Shown in pieces: positions 62,587-64,000 of a DNA stretch of 64,000 nt (the stretch's first letter is position 1; the number at the start of each line of letters is the position of its first letter). A model generated the notes under the pieces. The model saw only the letters and a program-made list of their open reading frames with translations, ran no database searches and was not told the origin of the DNA. A program made the translations under genes and the position numbers. The stretch covers positions 1-64,000 of IMG/VR virus record IMGVR_UViG_3300050821_002231, one strand, 5' to 3'. The stretch comes from a virus.

Positions 62587-62946
62587 ATGACAAGCAGAAA
62601 GAAGTCGCTCTCGCGGTGCTCCTTACTTACGAACGTCATCCTGAGTTGCGCCCTCGTGATGGGCTGCGTTGCGAAACGAACCACGGCGTCACAGTCGATG
62701 AAACCATCAACTACACCCATTCCTATCCCAACCGTCCAAGCGGAAGCAATCGTATCGCCGGCCCAGTCTTTTACTGGACCCAAACTCCCGCCGATCTGCA
62801 AGGGCGGCCTGCTGTCGCAGCACGCGAACGCAACAGAGATGATTGCGTATCAGGCGAAGTATTCGACGCAAGGGTGCCGATGGATGGCTCCTCCCAAATG
62901 TCCGACAAACTGGAAACCGCAACATGAAGGGCAGTGTACGCCATGA
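62587..62946 (+). CDS. Pro-rich putative lipoprotein
   Basis: LVMGC lipobox-like; overlaps the HTH-containing ORF 62220-62927. Confidence 0.4.
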   Translation: MTSRKKSLSRCSLLTNVILSCALVMGCVAKRTTASQSMKPSTTPIPIPTVQAEAIVSPAQSFTGPKLPPICKGGLLSQHANATEMIAYQAKYSTQGCRWMAPPKCPTNWKPQHEGQCTP

Positions 62947-63209
62947 ACATACCGCCAGCGGGGTTGATTGAAAGCGCTGTGGATCAGATTGATCCGAACG
63001 GAAAGCCTGAGAAAGATGAGGCTTCGGAATTGGTCTCTGCGATTGGCGGATCCACGGCAACGAAACTCGGAATTAATTTTCCGCTTTCGCCCGAGTTCCT
63101 GAAAGGCTATCAGATTGGTTTGCAGGTAGCGCGTCAAATGCTTGCAGGCAGTATGGAACTGGCGGTGAAGGGAATTAACCCCGAGATTCTTCTGTAAAAG
63201 GAACTACGA

Positions 63210-64000
63210 ATGGCGCGAGGTTTAGTCCAAGACGGGTTCGGCAAGGCGACTCCGATAAGCCGTGGCTTGTTCGAGCGGTTCACGGATGGAGTGAACGCGC
63301 AAATCTCTTCCTTGGACCCGATGGCATGGATGGGGCCGTCGCAGCCAATGGGACGCGTGGCCCCGCGCGGTACTCAGGCCCGAATCTTTGACTATCGGTT
63401 CGGTCAGAACATCGACTACACGCCGAAGGCGTTTGAAGGCTATTGCTACGATGTTCTGCGCGACCTAGCAGACGGCTACAGCCTGTTGCGGTCCGTAATT
63501 GAGACTCGCAAGGATCAAGTGTCGCGCGTACCGCACAGCTTTAGTGTGAGGACATTGCCGGGAGAACCGCCAAGCAAGCAGAAAGAGCGGCAGTTGAATG
63601 ACAAGCGCATCGCTAAGCTGGAGGAATTCTGGTCGAAGCCTGATGGGCAGCACAGTTTCTCTGATTGGCAGCGGCAAATACTGGAAGATCTTTTTGTTAT
63701 TGATGCCGCGAGCGTTGTGCCCCGATGGAGACGCGACGGCGGTATTTATGGTTTCGATGTGATTGACGGCGCGACAATCAGTCTACTTGTGGACGAGACA
63801 GGGCGCTCACCAATGCCTCCGGACCCTGCCTATCGCCAGATTATCAAGGGAATGCCAGCGGTTGACATGATGATTCCGACACCGGCGATTAGGAAGTCGG
63901 ATGCATTGTTCTTTTATCCGCGCAACGTTAGACCGTCGCGATTGTATGGATTCTGTTTCTCGCCAGATACAGAAGTTTTGACTCGTGATGGCTGGAAGTT
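63210..64000 (+). CDS. Portal protein (partial) with intein starting at 63954
   Basis: Open from ATG 63210 to window end; LR.LAD...LR.VIETRKDQV, ED..VIDA, IDGATI, AY.Q..KG.P, RN.R...YGF then CFSPDTEVLTRDGWK. Confidence 0.88.
   Translation, partial: MARGLVQDGFGKATPISRGLFERFTDGVNAQISSLDPMAWMGPSQPMGRVAPRGTQARIFDYRFGQNIDYTPKAFEGYCYDVLRDLADGYSLLRSVIETRKDQVSRVPHSFSVRTLPGEPPSKQKERQLNDKRIAKLEEFWSKPDGQHSFSDWQRQILEDLFVIDAASVVPRWRRDGGIYGFDVIDGATISLLVDETGRSPMPPDPAYRQIIKGMPAVDMMIPTPAIRKSDALFFYPRNVRPSRLYGFCFSPDTEVLTRDGWK

Larger units (their letters stand above)
1..64000 (+). mobile_element. Tailed phage / prophage genome segment (early-middle genes to start of head module)
   Basis: Dense co-oriented small ORFs with ATGA/GTGA overlaps; recombination, O/P-like replication, terS-terL-portal in canonical order; no host housekeeping operons. 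Confidence 0.95.

Noticed and set aside
62587-62946. Rz/Rz1 spanin pair
   Set aside because: The enclosing ORF looks HTH-like with no N-terminal TM and no endolysin is adjacent; kept only as a low-confidence lipoprotein

Overview
The whole 64 kb is part of one tailed (pro)phage genome, with almost all native genes on the + strand. It runs from a recombination module (PD-(D/E)XK nuclease, gp3/RDF-like protein) through a lambda O/P-like replication module with a 4 x 22-bp iteron origin. About 45 kb of small accessory genes follow, then terS, terL and an intein-containing portal gene that is cut by the window end. The most notable locus (40342-42440) is a promoter-driven operon with nine structured RNA units: a stem enclosing CCA-N9-TGNAANCCA-N9-TG. 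The units surround an unknown ORF and a 329-aa IS110/Nop-domain protein that lacks the DEDD and Ser catalytic residues. This looks like a stem-loop TIGR-Tas-type RNA-guided system with an apparently nuclease-dead effector. Three cargo-carrying IS elements have readable ends. Two are IS1-like and share two accessory genes and a conserved leader hairpin; one carries an HTH-ImmA protein, the other a proteasome-like Ntn hydrolase. The third is an IS1595 element carrying a Mom-like DNA-modifying acyltransferase. A solo TnpB sits between 9-bp direct repeats. Two dispersed motif families recur: an ATTCACTAGTA box in 7 sigma70 promoters and a 25-bp palindrome in 8 copies (parS candidate; the phage encodes ParB). 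Host-like genes include acpP, csp, a TadE pilin, a GH-A glycosidase and a papain-like protease. Several deletion or frameshift pseudogenes suggest a decaying prophage. All protein calls come from motif recognition by eye, not from database searches.
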